DNA from: an uncultured Actinomycetes bacterium
GTDB taxonomy: Bacteria; Actinomycetota; UBA4738; HRBIN12
NCBI GenBank assembly: GCA_963704725.1
Contig: OY969934.1
Coordinates: 96,001 to 160,000, forward strand
Length of the DNA: 64,000 nucleotides
Direction of reading: 5' to 3'
Shown here: one piece after another, positions 38,886 to 50,235 of the stretch
How positions within the stretch are numbered: position 1 is the stretch's first letter
Layout of the letters: every line of letters begins with the position of its first letter
Position numbers and translations under genes: made by a program
Notes under the pieces: generated by a model
Told to the model about the DNA's origin: nothing
Database searches by the model: none
What the model saw: only the letters and a program-made list of their open reading frames with translations

Positions 38886-40393
38886 CGGTCCCCCCCTCGT
38901 CGGAACAGGCTCCACCGCTTCTTCGGGGTCGCCTCCGGCTCCGGTTGAACCGTCTCGGCGAGCTCCTCGGCGTCCGCGCTCGAGGCGTCCTCGATCACGA
39001 CCACCCGGCCGACGTCGAGGCCGGCCTCTTCCGCACGTTCACCGTCCGAGGCGGCATCCGACCTCCGCCGTGAGCCGTCGGCGTTGCCAAGGGTCTCCGA
39101 CTCTACGACGGGTCGACCCTGTTGGGTGCTCGACGGATCAGGGACCGGTTCGCCGGCATCCTCGACCTCAGCCTGCTCCTCCGTCTCGGTGGTCTCGATC
39201 AGCGGTTGGGCATCCTCCTGTGGCATCGTGCCCGGTGTCGGGTTCGGCTCCACCTTCGGTGCGACGTCGACCTCCGCCTCGGCCGGCGCTTCCGCTTCCG
39301 AAGACCCCCCGGAGTCCACCTCGAGGTCCGGGGGAGCGTCCGCCTCCTCGATCGTCTCCTCGAGGTCGGCCTCTTCGCGCACGAGAGGCCGAGGGGCGCG
39401 AACCGGCACCGGCTCGGGGGGCGGGATGACCACGGTGGGAAGGTCCTCGATCACCGGGAGCGGGCCCTCCTGCGGCAGCTTGTCGACGACCTCCTTGGCC
39501 AGGTCGCGATATCGCTGGGCCCCGCGCGAGCGGGGGTCGTACACGGTGATCGGTTGCCCGAAGCCCGGAGCCTCGGAGAGACGCACCGTGCGCGGGATGA
39601 TGGTGTCGTACACACGATCGCCGAAGTACCGCCGAACCTCCTGCACCACCTGCTCGGAGAGCCTCGTCCGGGGGTCGAACATCGTCATCACGATCCCGGT
39701 CAGCCTGAGCTGCTGGTTCACGTTCTGCTGGACGAGACGAACGTTCCGAAGGAGCTGTCCGAGGCCCTCCAGGGCGTAGTACTCGCACTGGATCGGGACG
39801 ATGAGCTCCTCGGCCGCCGCCAGAGCGTTCACCGTGAGCAGCCCGAGGGAGGGCGGGCAGTCCAGCAGGATGAAGTCGAACTCACCCTCCCTGAGGGGAT
39901 CCAGGGCCCGGCGGAGCCTCATCTCGCGTGAGAACTGGCTGACCAGCTCGATCTCGGCGCCGGCCAGGTCGATCGTGGACGGGATCGCGTACAGGTTCTC
40001 GATCGGCGTCTGGACGATAGCGCCCTCGATCGGTGCCTCCGCCGCCAGGACGTCGTACACGGTCACCTCGCGGGCCTCGTGTCGGATCCCCAGCCCGGTC
40101 GAGGCGTTGCCCTGCGGGTCGAGGTCCACGACCAGGACGCGCTTGCCGATCTCGGCCAGGGCGGCGCCCAGGCTCACCGCTGTGGTGCTCTTGCCGACGC
40201 CGCCCTTCTGGTTGGCGACCGCGATGACGCGCGCGTGGAGATTCGGCACGGTAGGGGTTCTGCGATTCCTCGTGTCGGGGTCCTGGACGGCCGATCCGGA
40301 CGGTCTCGAGGCCTTCCGAGCGCCCCGGCGCCTCCCGTTCGGGGCCTTGGAAGGGGTCGCGGGAGGTACCCGAGGTGCGGTGCGCTCGGCCAC
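38882..40393 (-). CDS. parA: ParA ATPase with N-terminal extension and long acidic C-terminal tail
   Basis: NQKGGVGKST, DLDPQGN, DCPPSLG, QCEYYALEG, EAPGFG. Confidence 0.95.
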   Translation of the reverse strand: MAERTAPRVPPATPSKAPNGRRRGARKASRPSGSAVQDPDTRNRRTPTVPNLHARVIAVANQKGGVGKSTTAVSLGAALAEIGKRVLVVDLDPQGNASTGLGIRHEAREVTVYDVLAAEAPIEGAIVQTPIENLYAIPSTIDLAGAEIELVSQFSREMRLRRALDPLREGEFDFILLDCPPSLGLLTVNALAAAEELIVPIQCEYYALEGLGQLLRNVRLVQQNVNQQLRLTGIVMTMFDPRTRLSEQVVQEVRRYFGDRVYDTIIPRTVRLSEAPGFGQPITVYDPRSRGAQRYRDLAKEVVDKLPQEGPLPVIEDLPTVVIPPPEPVPVRAPRPLVREEADLEETIEEADAPPDLEVDSGGSSEAEAPAEAEVDVAPKVEPNPTPGTMPQEDAQPLIETTETEEQAEVEDAGEPVPDPSSTQQGRPVVESETLGNADGSRRRSDAASDGERAEEAGLDVGRVVVIEDASSADAEELAETVQPEPEATPKKRWSLFRRGGDR

Positions 40394-41004
40394 TACCGGG
40401 TCATGATAGTGAGCGGACCGGAGCTTGCAAGCAAGGGTGTCTCGAGCACGCCGACCTTGGTCGCCCCCTCAAGCAGAGCAAGCGGTTCACGGGTCGGGCC
40501 GGAGAAGTACACCAGCCGCCCTCCGGGGCGAAGTCGGAGACGGGCCACCGACCACGCCGCGGGAAGGGGAGCGAACGCCCTCGCGAAGCACAGGTCGACG
40601 GGTTCTGCCACGTCCTCGATGCGGGAGTGCAGGACGAACGCGTTGGCGAGCTCGAGGCGCTCCACGACCAGCTCCAGGAAGGCGGCCCGGCTCCGCCGTG
40701 GCTCGACGAGCCGGACGACGAGCCCGGGCCTCGCCACAGCCACCACGACCCCGGGGAGTCCCGCCCCCGAGCCGATGTCGTAGGCATCGGCGTCCGAAGC
40801 ACTGACGGCGACAGCCGCTCGAAGACAATCGAGCACGTGACGGCGGCGGATCCGGGACAGATCCGAGGCAGCGACGATCCCAAGGGGCACGGCCCATTCC
40901 CGGAGCAGCCCCTCGAATGCCTCCAATCGGTCAGGCGCCTCTTCCGGCACCTCGACCCCGAAACGGGCGATCACAGGACGGATGGACGACTCCACGTGTT
41001 TCAC
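40393..41004 (-). CDS. rsmG: 16S rRNA m7G527 methyltransferase
   Basis: RHVLDCL, DIGSGAGLPG, ARAFAPL; conserved position. Confidence 0.9.
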   Translation of the reverse strand: MKHVESSIRPVIARFGVEVPEEAPDRLEAFEGLLREWAVPLGIVAASDLSRIRRRHVLDCLRAAVAVSASDADAYDIGSGAGLPGVVVAVARPGLVVRLVEPRRSRAAFLELVVERLELANAFVLHSRIEDVAEPVDLCFARAFAPLPAAWSVARLRLRPGGRLVYFSGPTREPLALLEGATKVGVLETPLLASSGPLTIMTR

Positions 41005-41012
41005 GTGAAACA
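40997..41012. promoter_or_regulatory. parS: parS centromere site
   Basis: Perfect consensus palindrome TGTTTCACGTGAAACA next to parAB. Confidence 0.95.
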
Positions 41013-41124
41013 GAACCTTGAGGGATCTCGGATCACCGTCCGAGGATACCCCCGCGACGATCCCCCAGGAACACGGGCCGACGAGGGCGCCTCGAGACGA
41101 CCTGAGGTCGAGCTGAAGGGGGGG

Positions 41125-41787
41125 TCAGGAGGGGAAGATGACGACCCTGCGCTCGGGGTCCTCGCCTCGGCTCGAGCTCCGTGCTCCGCTGACGTTGGCC
41201 ACGGCATCGTGGACCACCTTGCGCTCGAACGGGTTCATCGGCTCGAGCTCCTCCTCGCGCCCCGATCGAGCCACCCGCTTGGCGATCTCACGGGCCCGGG
41301 CCTCGAGCCGCTCGCGTTGGCGCCGCTTGTACTCCTCGACGTCCACGACGATCCTCGCTCGCATCCCGGTCCGCTGCCCCACCGCCACGCGCGTCAGCTC
41401 CTGGAGGGCGTCGAGGGTCTGGCCGTGGCGCCCGATCAGCAGGCCCATGTCCTCGTCGTCGGGCCCCCGCCCCAGCACGTCCACGTACATGGTGCCGCCC
41501 TCCATCGTCGGCTCGACGTCCGCGGTGACTCCCATGCGCTCCAGCAGTCCCTCGAGGAACTCGGCCCCCACGTCCCCCTGCTCCTCGAGATCCTCCTCGG
41601 AGAGCTCCTCGGCTCGTCTGCGGACGCGCACCAGCACCTCGGCGGCCTGCGATCCGATCCCGAGGATCCCCTGACGCGGCTCCTGCAGGACGGTGACGTC
41701 CACCTCCTGCTCGCTCACGCCCAGCTCGGCGAGGGCCGCCTCGACGGCCTCCTCAACGCTTGGGGCGCTTCTTTGGATCTCCTCCAC
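41125..41787 (-). CDS. jag: Jag/KhpB (EloR) RNA-binding protein
   Basis: Jag_N domain, KH LIGRHGQTLDALQ, R3H ERKVVH. Confidence 0.93.
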   Translation of the reverse strand: MEEIQRSAPSVEEAVEAALAELGVSEQEVDVTVLQEPRQGILGIGSQAAEVLVRVRRRAEELSEEDLEEQGDVGAEFLEGLLERMGVTADVEPTMEGGTMYVDVLGRGPDDEDMGLLIGRHGQTLDALQELTRVAVGQRTGMRARIVVDVEEYKRRQRERLEARAREIAKRVARSGREEELEPMNPFERKVVHDAVANVSGARSSSRGEDPERRVVIFPS

Positions 41788-42877
41788 CAGAGCCTCCGGA
41801 ACCGGGCTTCTTGGGCTGACCGGGACGCGTGCCCGGCTTGGGCGTGCCCGGCTTGGGCGTGCCCGGGCGCCGGGTGGCCGAACCGGGCCGAGTGGTCGCC
41901 CGGCGCTTCCGCTCCATCTCCGCTCGATCGGACATCGAGGCGAAGAACCCCTTCTTGGACGAGCTCTCGTCCTTCTTGCCGTCCGCGGCCGCGGCGGCCA
42001 GCGTCTCGGCGGTGGGGCGCGTGCGGAGCATGTAGTACTGCTGGCCGATCTGCCACGCGTTCGACGTCGTCCAGTAGATCACCAGACCCGCGGGGAAGAA
42101 GATCCCGAACACGCCGAACATGATCGGCATGACCTTCATCAGCGTCTGCTGCTGCGACGACGCCGCGCCCGGGGGGCTGGCCTTTTGCATCTGCCGCTGC
42201 TGGTAGAAGGTCGTGCCGAACATCAGCGCGGCGAAGACGTAGTAGGGCACCCGGTTGACCGCCTTGCCGCAGTCGACCTGGTACTGGGGGTTCTTCCCGT
42301 TCTGGAACTTGATGCGGGTGTCCGAGATGGTCGCATCCTGGTTGCCGGCCTGCATCGCCGAGCACAGCAGGTTCATCCCGAGGAAGGACGTCCCTCCGGA
42401 GTCGCCGGGACCCTGGGCGTCGATCTGCGCCTGCGAGGTGACCGGCTGACCGTCGATGCTCTGCGGGATCTGCGCCACGACCGCGGCGTACAGCTTCGTG
42501 TCCGTCGGGACGTGGATGGGGTGCTGGGGGAAGCGCACCACCGAGTACATCGCGATGAGGATCGGGAACTGAAGCAGGACCGGCCAGCAGCCGGAGAACG
42601 GGTTCACCCCGTACTCCTTGTACAGCTTCATGATCTCTTCCTGTTGACGCTGCTTGTTCCCCTTGAACTTCTGCTGGATCTGCTTCACCTTCGGCTGGAT
42701 GATCTGCATGTGCTGCATCGACCGAACCTGGCGGATCCCGAGCGGGAGCAACACGACTCGGATGAGGATCGTGAGCACGATGATCGTGACCCCGAAGTTG
42801 GGGATCACCTCGTAGAGCCGGCCGACGACCCATCCCAGTCCGTCGAGCAGCGCCTGCCAGGCGCCCAGCGCGATCAT
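41753..42877 (-). CDS. yidC: Membrane protein insertase YidC
   Basis: [39 protein letters not shown]. Confidence 0.95.
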   Translation of the reverse strand: MIALGAWQALLDGLGWVVGRLYEVIPNFGVTIIVLTILIRVVLLPLGIRQVRSMQHMQIIQPKVKQIQQKFKGNKQRQQEEIMKLYKEYGVNPFSGCWPVLLQFPILIAMYSVVRFPQHPIHVPTDTKLYAAVVAQIPQSIDGQPVTSQAQIDAQGPGDSGGTSFLGMNLLCSAMQAGNQDATISDTRIKFQNGKNPQYQVDCGKAVNRVPYYVFAALMFGTTFYQQRQMQKASPPGAASSQQQTLMKVMPIMFGVFGIFFPAGLVIYWTTSNAWQIGQQYYMLRTRPTAETLAAAAADGKKDESSSKKGFFASMSDRAEMERKRRATTRPGSATRRPGTPKPGTPKPGTRPGQPKKPGSGGSGGGDPKKRPKR

Positions 42878-43179
42878 GACGCCGTACTCTGCTGTATGAC
42901 GTGGTCATACACGTCGCGCCGAGCTCGCGGCGGGACGTGATCGACGCCACCGGCGGTGAACGGGCCGCATCGGGCGATCCTCCATGCGGCCATGAGCGAA
43001 CCGCGAACCGCGCCGTGGATCCGGACCGCGTCCTCGGCGTAGTGAGAGCACGTTGGGTAGAAGCGGCACTGCCCGCCCAGCCACCCCGACAGGGACAGGC
43101 GATACAGGCGGATCAGGAAGACCAACGCGAGGCGTGCCGGCGCTCCGACCACCCAGACGGCGCGGCGGAGAGCGGTCAC
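42874..43179 (-). CDS. yidD: Membrane protein insertion efficiency factor
   Basis: [11 protein letters not shown]...[14 protein letters not shown]. Confidence 0.93.
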   Translation of the reverse strand: MTALRRAVWVVGAPARLALVFLIRLYRLSLSGWLGGQCRFYPTCSHYAEDAVRIHGAVRGSLMAAWRIARCGPFTAGGVDHVPPRARRDVYDHVIQQSTAS

Positions 43180-43460
43180 GACGGGATCACGTTCGCACGC
43201 GAGAGCAACCCCTCCACCTCCGGCACCAGGTCGGGCGTTCGGGCCCCGCGGATCGTTCCTCGGGCAACCAATGCGACGTCGTATCCCTCTCGGACCTTGG
43301 GCGCGAGCTCCCGCCACGCGGCCCGGAGGATCCGCCGGGCCCGGTTGCGGACAACCGCATCGCCGACACGGCGGCCGGCCACGAACGCGACCACCCCCGA
43401 GCCAGGCGCGACAAACACTACCATCCGGTCTCCATGGAATGCCCGGCCGGTGGACAGCAC
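43176..43460 (-). CDS. rnpA: RNase P protein component (short; start uncertain)
   Basis: RNR motif [15 protein letters not shown]; lies between rpmH and yidD. Confidence 0.88.
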   Translation of the reverse strand: MLSTGRAFHGDRMVVFVAPGSGVVAFVAGRRVGDAVVRNRARRILRAAWRELAPKVREGYDVALVARGTIRGARTPDLVPEVEGLLSRANVIPS

Positions 43461-43490
43461 GCGACCGACGTCTTCCCTGCTCGTGGCCGG

Positions 43491-43628
43491 TTACGCCGAC
43501 AGCCGGGTGCGGCCCTTGGCCCGCCGGCGCGCCAGGATGGCGCGCCCCGCACGGGTCCGCATCCGGATGCGAAAACCGTGGCGCTTGGCCCGCCTGCGGT
43601 TGTTCGGCTGATAGGTCCGCTTCGACAT
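43491..43628 (-). CDS. rpmH: 50S ribosomal protein L34
   Basis: [23 protein letters not shown]. Confidence 0.98.
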   Translation of the reverse strand: MSKRTYQPNNRRRAKRHGFRIRMRTRAGRAILARRRAKGRTRLSA

Positions 43629-43835
43629 CGCTCCGCCCTCGGTAGGCGATCGCCCGCTCGTCGCCGTGATCGTCTCGGGCCGACGAAAGCCGGCCGTTCG
43701 GCCGGCCGCGGAAGTATAGCGGGTGGCTCGGGGAGGGCGAGATTCGAGGACGGCGGTCGGTCCCCGCGATCCGAGCGGGGAAAGGAGAAAGTGCGCCAAA
43801 AGGCCTCGCTCCGCGAGCGATGGGGAAAAGCCTGG

Positions 43836-43938
43836 TGCTATATTCCCGCCGCGCATCCCCCGGCGCCCGCACTCCCCGCGGGTGGCCTCCGCCCTTCCCC
43901 CAAGGGTTTCCACATATGTGGAAAGGTTCTGTGGATAG
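43836..43938 (+). promoter_or_regulatory. dnaA promoter region with DnaA boxes
   Basis: Extended -10 TGcTATATT (43836-43844); inverted box pair TTTCCACATATGTGGAAA (43907-43924); TGTGGATAG (43930-43938). Confidence 0.7.
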
Positions 43939-43942
43939 AGGC

Positions 43943-45322
43943 ATGGCCGTCGCATCCTTCGAGGAAGCCGCCGCAACCACCTGGACACACGTCGTCGAGC
44001 GGGCGCGACGCGAGCTCTCGGAGAGCTCGTTCTCGATGTGGTTTCAGGAGGTCCGGGCCACCACCTTGCACGACGGCGTCCTCGAGGTCCTGGCGCCCTC
44101 CGAGTACGTCAAGGACTGGCTGGCCAAGCACTACCTCGGCCTGATCCAGTCGGCCGCCACCGAGGCCGCCGGCCTCCCAGTCCGGATCCGGCTCGACGCC
44201 GACCGCTCCGAGAACATTGCACCGCAACGCATTCCTGACACACCGCCACCGGAACGAGCTCCCATCGACCGGCCGGCCATGGGGGCTCCCGGCCTCCCGT
44301 TCCCGGCGTACACGTTCGAGGCGTTCGTCCCGGGCCCGTCCAATCGGTTCGCCCACGCCGCCGCCATGGCCGTGGCCGAGACCCCACCCTCCAAGGCGTA
44401 CAACCCGCTGTTCATCTACGGCGGCGTCGGGCTGGGCAAGACGCACCTCCTCGTGGCGATCGGGCACCACATGCACCGGCTCTCCCCGCGGCTCCACGTC
44501 AAGTACGTGACGAGCGAGAGCTTCATGGCGGAGTTCATCAAGGCGGTTCGTGAGCGCCAGGGCTACCAGTTCGCCGCCCGCTACCGAGACGTCGACGTGC
44601 TCCTCGTCGACGACATCCAGTTCCTGGCCAAACGCGAGGAGACGCAGACCGAGTTCTTCCACACGTTCAACGCGCTCCACGAGAAGGAGCGCCAGATCGT
44701 CATCGCGTCGGACCGCCCACCCCAGGAGCTCGGCATGGAGGAGCGCCTGCAGTCTCGCTTCCGGCTCGGCCTGTGCGTGGACGTCCAGCCTCCCGACCTG
44801 GAGACGCGCATCGCGATCCTGCAGCTCAAGGCCCAGCGCGAGCACGTCCACGTTCCCGACGACGTGATCGAGTTCATCGCGAGCAAGTTCGACCAGAACA
44901 TCCGCGAGCTGGAGGGCGCCCTGGTGCGCGTCGTCGCCTGGTCGGACCTCACCGGCCACCCCATCACGACCGAGCTCGCCGAGCACGCGCTCGAGGACCT
45001 CCTGCCCCAGGCGGAGGCGGAGATCCCACCCCTGCTGATCCTGGAGGAGAGCGCCAAGTACTTCGGGCTCTCGGTCGACGACCTGGTCAGCCCCAACCGC
45101 TCACGGCCGCTCACGACCGCCCGCCACGTCGCCATGTACCTCATGCGCGAGTGCAGCGGCCAGAGCCTGGTCAAGATCGGCGAGACCTTCGGGGGGCGTG
45201 ACCACACCACCGCGCGCCACGGGATCTTGAAGATCGAGCGCGACATCCGGGCCCGTACCACCACCTACCGCCAGGTCCAGGACCTCTCCCGCATCATCCG
45301 GGACCGGGCGAGGAGCGCATGA
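43943..45322 (+). CDS. dnaA: Chromosomal replication initiator DnaA
   Basis: [39 protein letters not shown]. Confidence 0.98.
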   Translation: MAVASFEEAAATTWTHVVERARRELSESSFSMWFQEVRATTLHDGVLEVLAPSEYVKDWLAKHYLGLIQSAATEAAGLPVRIRLDADRSENIAPQRIPDTPPPERAPIDRPAMGAPGLPFPAYTFEAFVPGPSNRFAHAAAMAVAETPPSKAYNPLFIYGGVGLGKTHLLVAIGHHMHRLSPRLHVKYVTSESFMAEFIKAVRERQGYQFAARYRDVDVLLVDDIQFLAKREETQTEFFHTFNALHEKERQIVIASDRPPQELGMEERLQSRFRLGLCVDVQPPDLETRIAILQLKAQREHVHVPDDVIEFIASKFDQNIRELEGALVRVVAWSDLTGHPITTELAEHALEDLLPQAEAEIPPLLILEESAKYFGLSVDDLVSPNRSRPLTTARHVAMYLMRECSGQSLVKIGETFGGRDHTTARHGILKIERDIRARTTTYRQVQDLSRIIRDRARSA

Positions 45323-45535
45323 CCGGCCCGGTGCAGACGCGTGGGACAACCCGGGAACGGGCTGGGAGCGAGAGGGACATCCGAGCGGGTCGTGCACCGT
45401 TTCCCACAGCCCGTCCCCATGTCCTAGGGGCACGGTACGCTCGGGTTTTGGGGGGGTTATCCCGTTTTCCCCAGCCCCTACCACTACTAAGAGAGATATA
45501 CGGAAGCCGGTAGAAGCAGTGAGGAGGGTGAAACC
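45323..45535. other. oriC: oriC (dnaA-dnaN intergenic region) with DnaA boxes and DnaA-trios
   Basis: Tandem degenerate boxes TTATCCCGT/TTTTCCCCA (45457-45473), GCCC spacer, CTA-CCA-CTA-CTA trios (45478-45489), then an A-rich stretch. Confidence 0.85.
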
Positions 45536-46639
45536 GTGAAGTTCCGGTGCGACCGCGATGCGCTCTCCGAGGCGCTCCAGACCGTCCAGCGAGGCGTCTC
45601 GTCCCGTCCCGGCATCCCGGCCCTGACCGGGGTGCTCATCGAGGCATCGACGGACGGAACGCTCACGCTCACGACCACCGATCTCGAGGTGTCGGCGCAG
45701 CTCTCGATCGAGGTCCAGGTGTCGGAGGAGGGGATCGCGCTGGTGCCGGCCCGGCTCCTCGGCGACACGGTCAAGAGCCTGTCGGACGCGCCGGTGGACC
45801 TCGAGGCGGACCGGGCCCAGGCGCGGATCCGCTGCGCGGCCTACGAGGGGGCCCTCCGACTGCTCCCGGCCGAGGACTTCCCGGCGTTGCAGCCGCCGAC
45901 CGGGACCCGCGTGGTGGTCGAGGCGGCGCGGTTCGCGGAGGCGGTGGGGCAGGTGGCGCGAGCGGCCTCGCGCGACGAGGCCCGGCCGGTGCTCACCGGC
46001 GTCCTCCTCGAGGTGAGCCGGGAGGGCCTGACGCTCGTCGCGACCGACTCGTACCGGCTGGCGGTGCGCGAGCTCGTCGCGACCGCCGGCGGGGAGTCGA
46101 AGGCGATCGTGCCGGAGCGGGCGCTGGCCGAGGCGGGCCGCGCCTCGCAGGCGATCGAGAAGGGTGACGTCGAGCTGTTCCTCGACGAGAGCCAGGTCTC
46201 GTTCCACCTGGGGGGCCTCACGCTGACCTCGCGCCTCATCGAGGGCGAGTTTCCCAACTACCGGGCGCTGCTGCCCGAGCAGTACGAGAGCCGGCTCACG
46301 GTCTCGAGACAGCAGCTCATGGACGCCGTCCGCCGGGTGGGGCTCCTGGCGCGGGACACGTCGCCCGTCCGGCTGGAGTTCAACGCGCTCGGTGTGAAGC
46401 TGTCCTCGTCGTCCCCGGACCTGGGGCAGGCCGTCGAAGCGGTCGAGGCACGGTTCGAGGGCGAGGACCTCACCGCCGCGTTCAACCCGACCTATCTGGC
46501 GGACGGGCTCGGGGCGGCGACGGGGGAGATGGTGCGCCTCGAGGTGCGGGACGGGCTGAAGCCGGGCATCGTGCGCGGTGACTCGGACGATTTCACCTAT
46601 CTCGTGATGCCGGTCCGGCTCCCCACGCCCGTCGGATAG
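45536..46639 (+). CDS. dnaN: DNA polymerase III beta clamp
   Basis: TTTDLE, ARPVLTGV, VATDSYRL, LIEGEFPNY, YLVMPVR. Confidence 0.97.
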   Translation: MKFRCDRDALSEALQTVQRGVSSRPGIPALTGVLIEASTDGTLTLTTTDLEVSAQLSIEVQVSEEGIALVPARLLGDTVKSLSDAPVDLEADRAQARIRCAAYEGALRLLPAEDFPALQPPTGTRVVVEAARFAEAVGQVARAASRDEARPVLTGVLLEVSREGLTLVATDSYRLAVRELVATAGGESKAIVPERALAEAGRASQAIEKGDVELFLDESQVSFHLGGLTLTSRLIEGEFPNYRALLPEQYESRLTVSRQQLMDAVRRVGLLARDTSPVRLEFNALGVKLSSSSPDLGQAVEAVEARFEGEDLTAAFNPTYLADGLGAATGEMVRLEVRDGLKPGIVRGDSDDFTYLVMPVRLPTPVG

Positions 46640-46649
46640 CGCCGACGGC

Positions 46650-47750
46650 GTGCGCCTGTCCTGGGTCGAGCTCCGGGACTTCCGCAACCACGCGGAGACG
46701 AGGCTCGAGGAGATCCCCGAAGGCCTCGTCGTGGCCGTGGGCCCGAACGGGGAGGGCAAGACCAACCTCCTCGAGGGGATCGCCTTCCTGTTCCTGCTCC
46801 AGTCGCCTCGTACGTCCTCGACCGAGCCGATCGTCCGCCGGAGCGCCGAGGCGGCCTACGCGCGCGGCGAGACCGAGACGGAGAACGGCCGGATGCTGGT
46901 GGAGGTCGAGATCCCCGGTCGAGGAGCCAACCGCGTACAGCTCAATCGGTCGCCCGTCCGGCGCAAGCGCGACGTCCGACGCCAGGTCCGCGGGGTGTTC
47001 TTCGGTCCGGACGACCTCGTCGTGGTGATCGGCGACCCGTCGCGCCGCCGAGACTTCATGGACGAGGCCGTGCGAACGCTGTGGCCGCTCAAGGAGGGCG
47101 CGATCACCGCCTACGACCGGGCCCTGCGCCAGCGGAACCGGCTGCTGAAGGAATGGGAGGGACGGGGCGCGCCGGCGGACCTCGAGGCGTGGGACGCCGA
47201 GCTCACCGAGGCGGGGTGCGCGCTGGTCCGGCTCCGCCGCGAAGCCATCGAGCGACTGGCGCCGCCCGCGAGCGAGGAGTACCGGCATCTGGCCGGATAC
47301 GGGCTCGCGTGCACGTACGCGCCCAACGTCGGCGAGGAGCCTCTCGAGGCGGCGTTCGCCGAACGGCTGGCGGCCCGCCGCGAGGACGAGGTCGTTCGCC
47401 GGACCACGCTGGTCGGTCCGCACCGAGACGACGTCGCGCTGGCGGTCCGCGACCTGGGCGCCCGGAGCTTCGCCAGTCACGGTGAGGGATGGGCGGCGGC
47501 GCTGTGCCTGCGCCTCGGGCTGGCCGCGGCCGTGACCGAGGAGGTCCGCGAGCGGCCGGTGCTGCTGCTCGACGACCCCTTCTCGGCGCTCGACCCCCGC
47601 CGGCAGCAACGGGTCGCGGAGCGGCTCGTGGATCGGGGTCAGGTGTTCGTCAGCGTGGCGGATGAGTCCCACGTCCCGCAGGACGCGGCTCGGGTGTGGG
47701 ACGTGGCCGGCGGGGCGGTCTCCGAGCGCGGAACCTCGGGGGCGCCCTGA
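46650..47750 (+). CDS. recF: DNA replication/repair protein RecF
   Basis: DFRNH, GPNGEGKTNLLE, GPHRDD, LLLDD. Confidence 0.95.
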   Translation: MRLSWVELRDFRNHAETRLEEIPEGLVVAVGPNGEGKTNLLEGIAFLFLLQSPRTSSTEPIVRRSAEAAYARGETETENGRMLVEVEIPGRGANRVQLNRSPVRRKRDVRRQVRGVFFGPDDLVVVIGDPSRRRDFMDEAVRTLWPLKEGAITAYDRALRQRNRLLKEWEGRGAPADLEAWDAELTEAGCALVRLRREAIERLAPPASEEYRHLAGYGLACTYAPNVGEEPLEAAFAERLAARREDEVVRRTTLVGPHRDDVALAVRDLGARSFASHGEGWAAALCLRLGLAAAVTEEVRERPVLLLDDPFSALDPRRQQRVAERLVDRGQVFVSVADESHVPQDAARVWDVAGGAVSERGTSGAP

Positions 47751-48103
47751 TGCCGCACAGCAAGGGATGGCGGGGCCGCAAGGACGAGCGCACGCTCCGA
47801 GAGACGACGATCGGAGACATCGTCGACGGCCTGATGCGCGAGCGAGCGTTCGCCCGAGGGGTCCCGATCGGCCAGCTCGCGGCCTCGTGGAGCGCGATCG
47901 TTGGGGAGCGCCTGGCCGGCGAGTCCGCGCCGCTCAGCCTGGAGGGAGGCGTGCTCGTGGTCGCCACGACCGACGGACCGTGGGGGGCGCAGGTCCGCTT
48001 CCTCGCCGCCGAGATCCGAAAGAAGGCCAACGAGGCGCTCGGCTCCGCCGCGGTTCGCCGCGTCCAGGTCGTCGTCCGCGAGCCTCGCTCGAGACCGTTG
48101 TAG
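47750..48103 (+). CDS. DUF721/DciA-family helicase-loader-like protein
   Basis: WSAIVGERLA...LVVAT...WGAQVR; recF-gyrB position. Confidence 0.8.
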   Translation: MPHSKGWRGRKDERTLRETTIGDIVDGLMRERAFARGVPIGQLAASWSAIVGERLAGESAPLSLEGGVLVVATTDGPWGAQVRFLAAEIRKKANEALGSAAVRRVQVVVREPRSRPL

Positions 48104-50221
<2,118 letters not shown>

Positions 50222-50235
50222 GCAGCGAGGCCTAG

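Noticed and set aside
41828-41866. 15-bp tandem repeat (CGTGCCCGGCTTGGG)
   Set aside because: Encodes the PGTPK repeats of the basic YidC tail; not a CRISPR or regulatory array
42874-43980. 368-aa ORF spanning rpmH and rnpA in the yidD frame (Thermus-like gene-in-gene idea)
   Set aside because: Only the last 101 codons look like YidD; the rest is a stop-poor shadow frame typical of high GC
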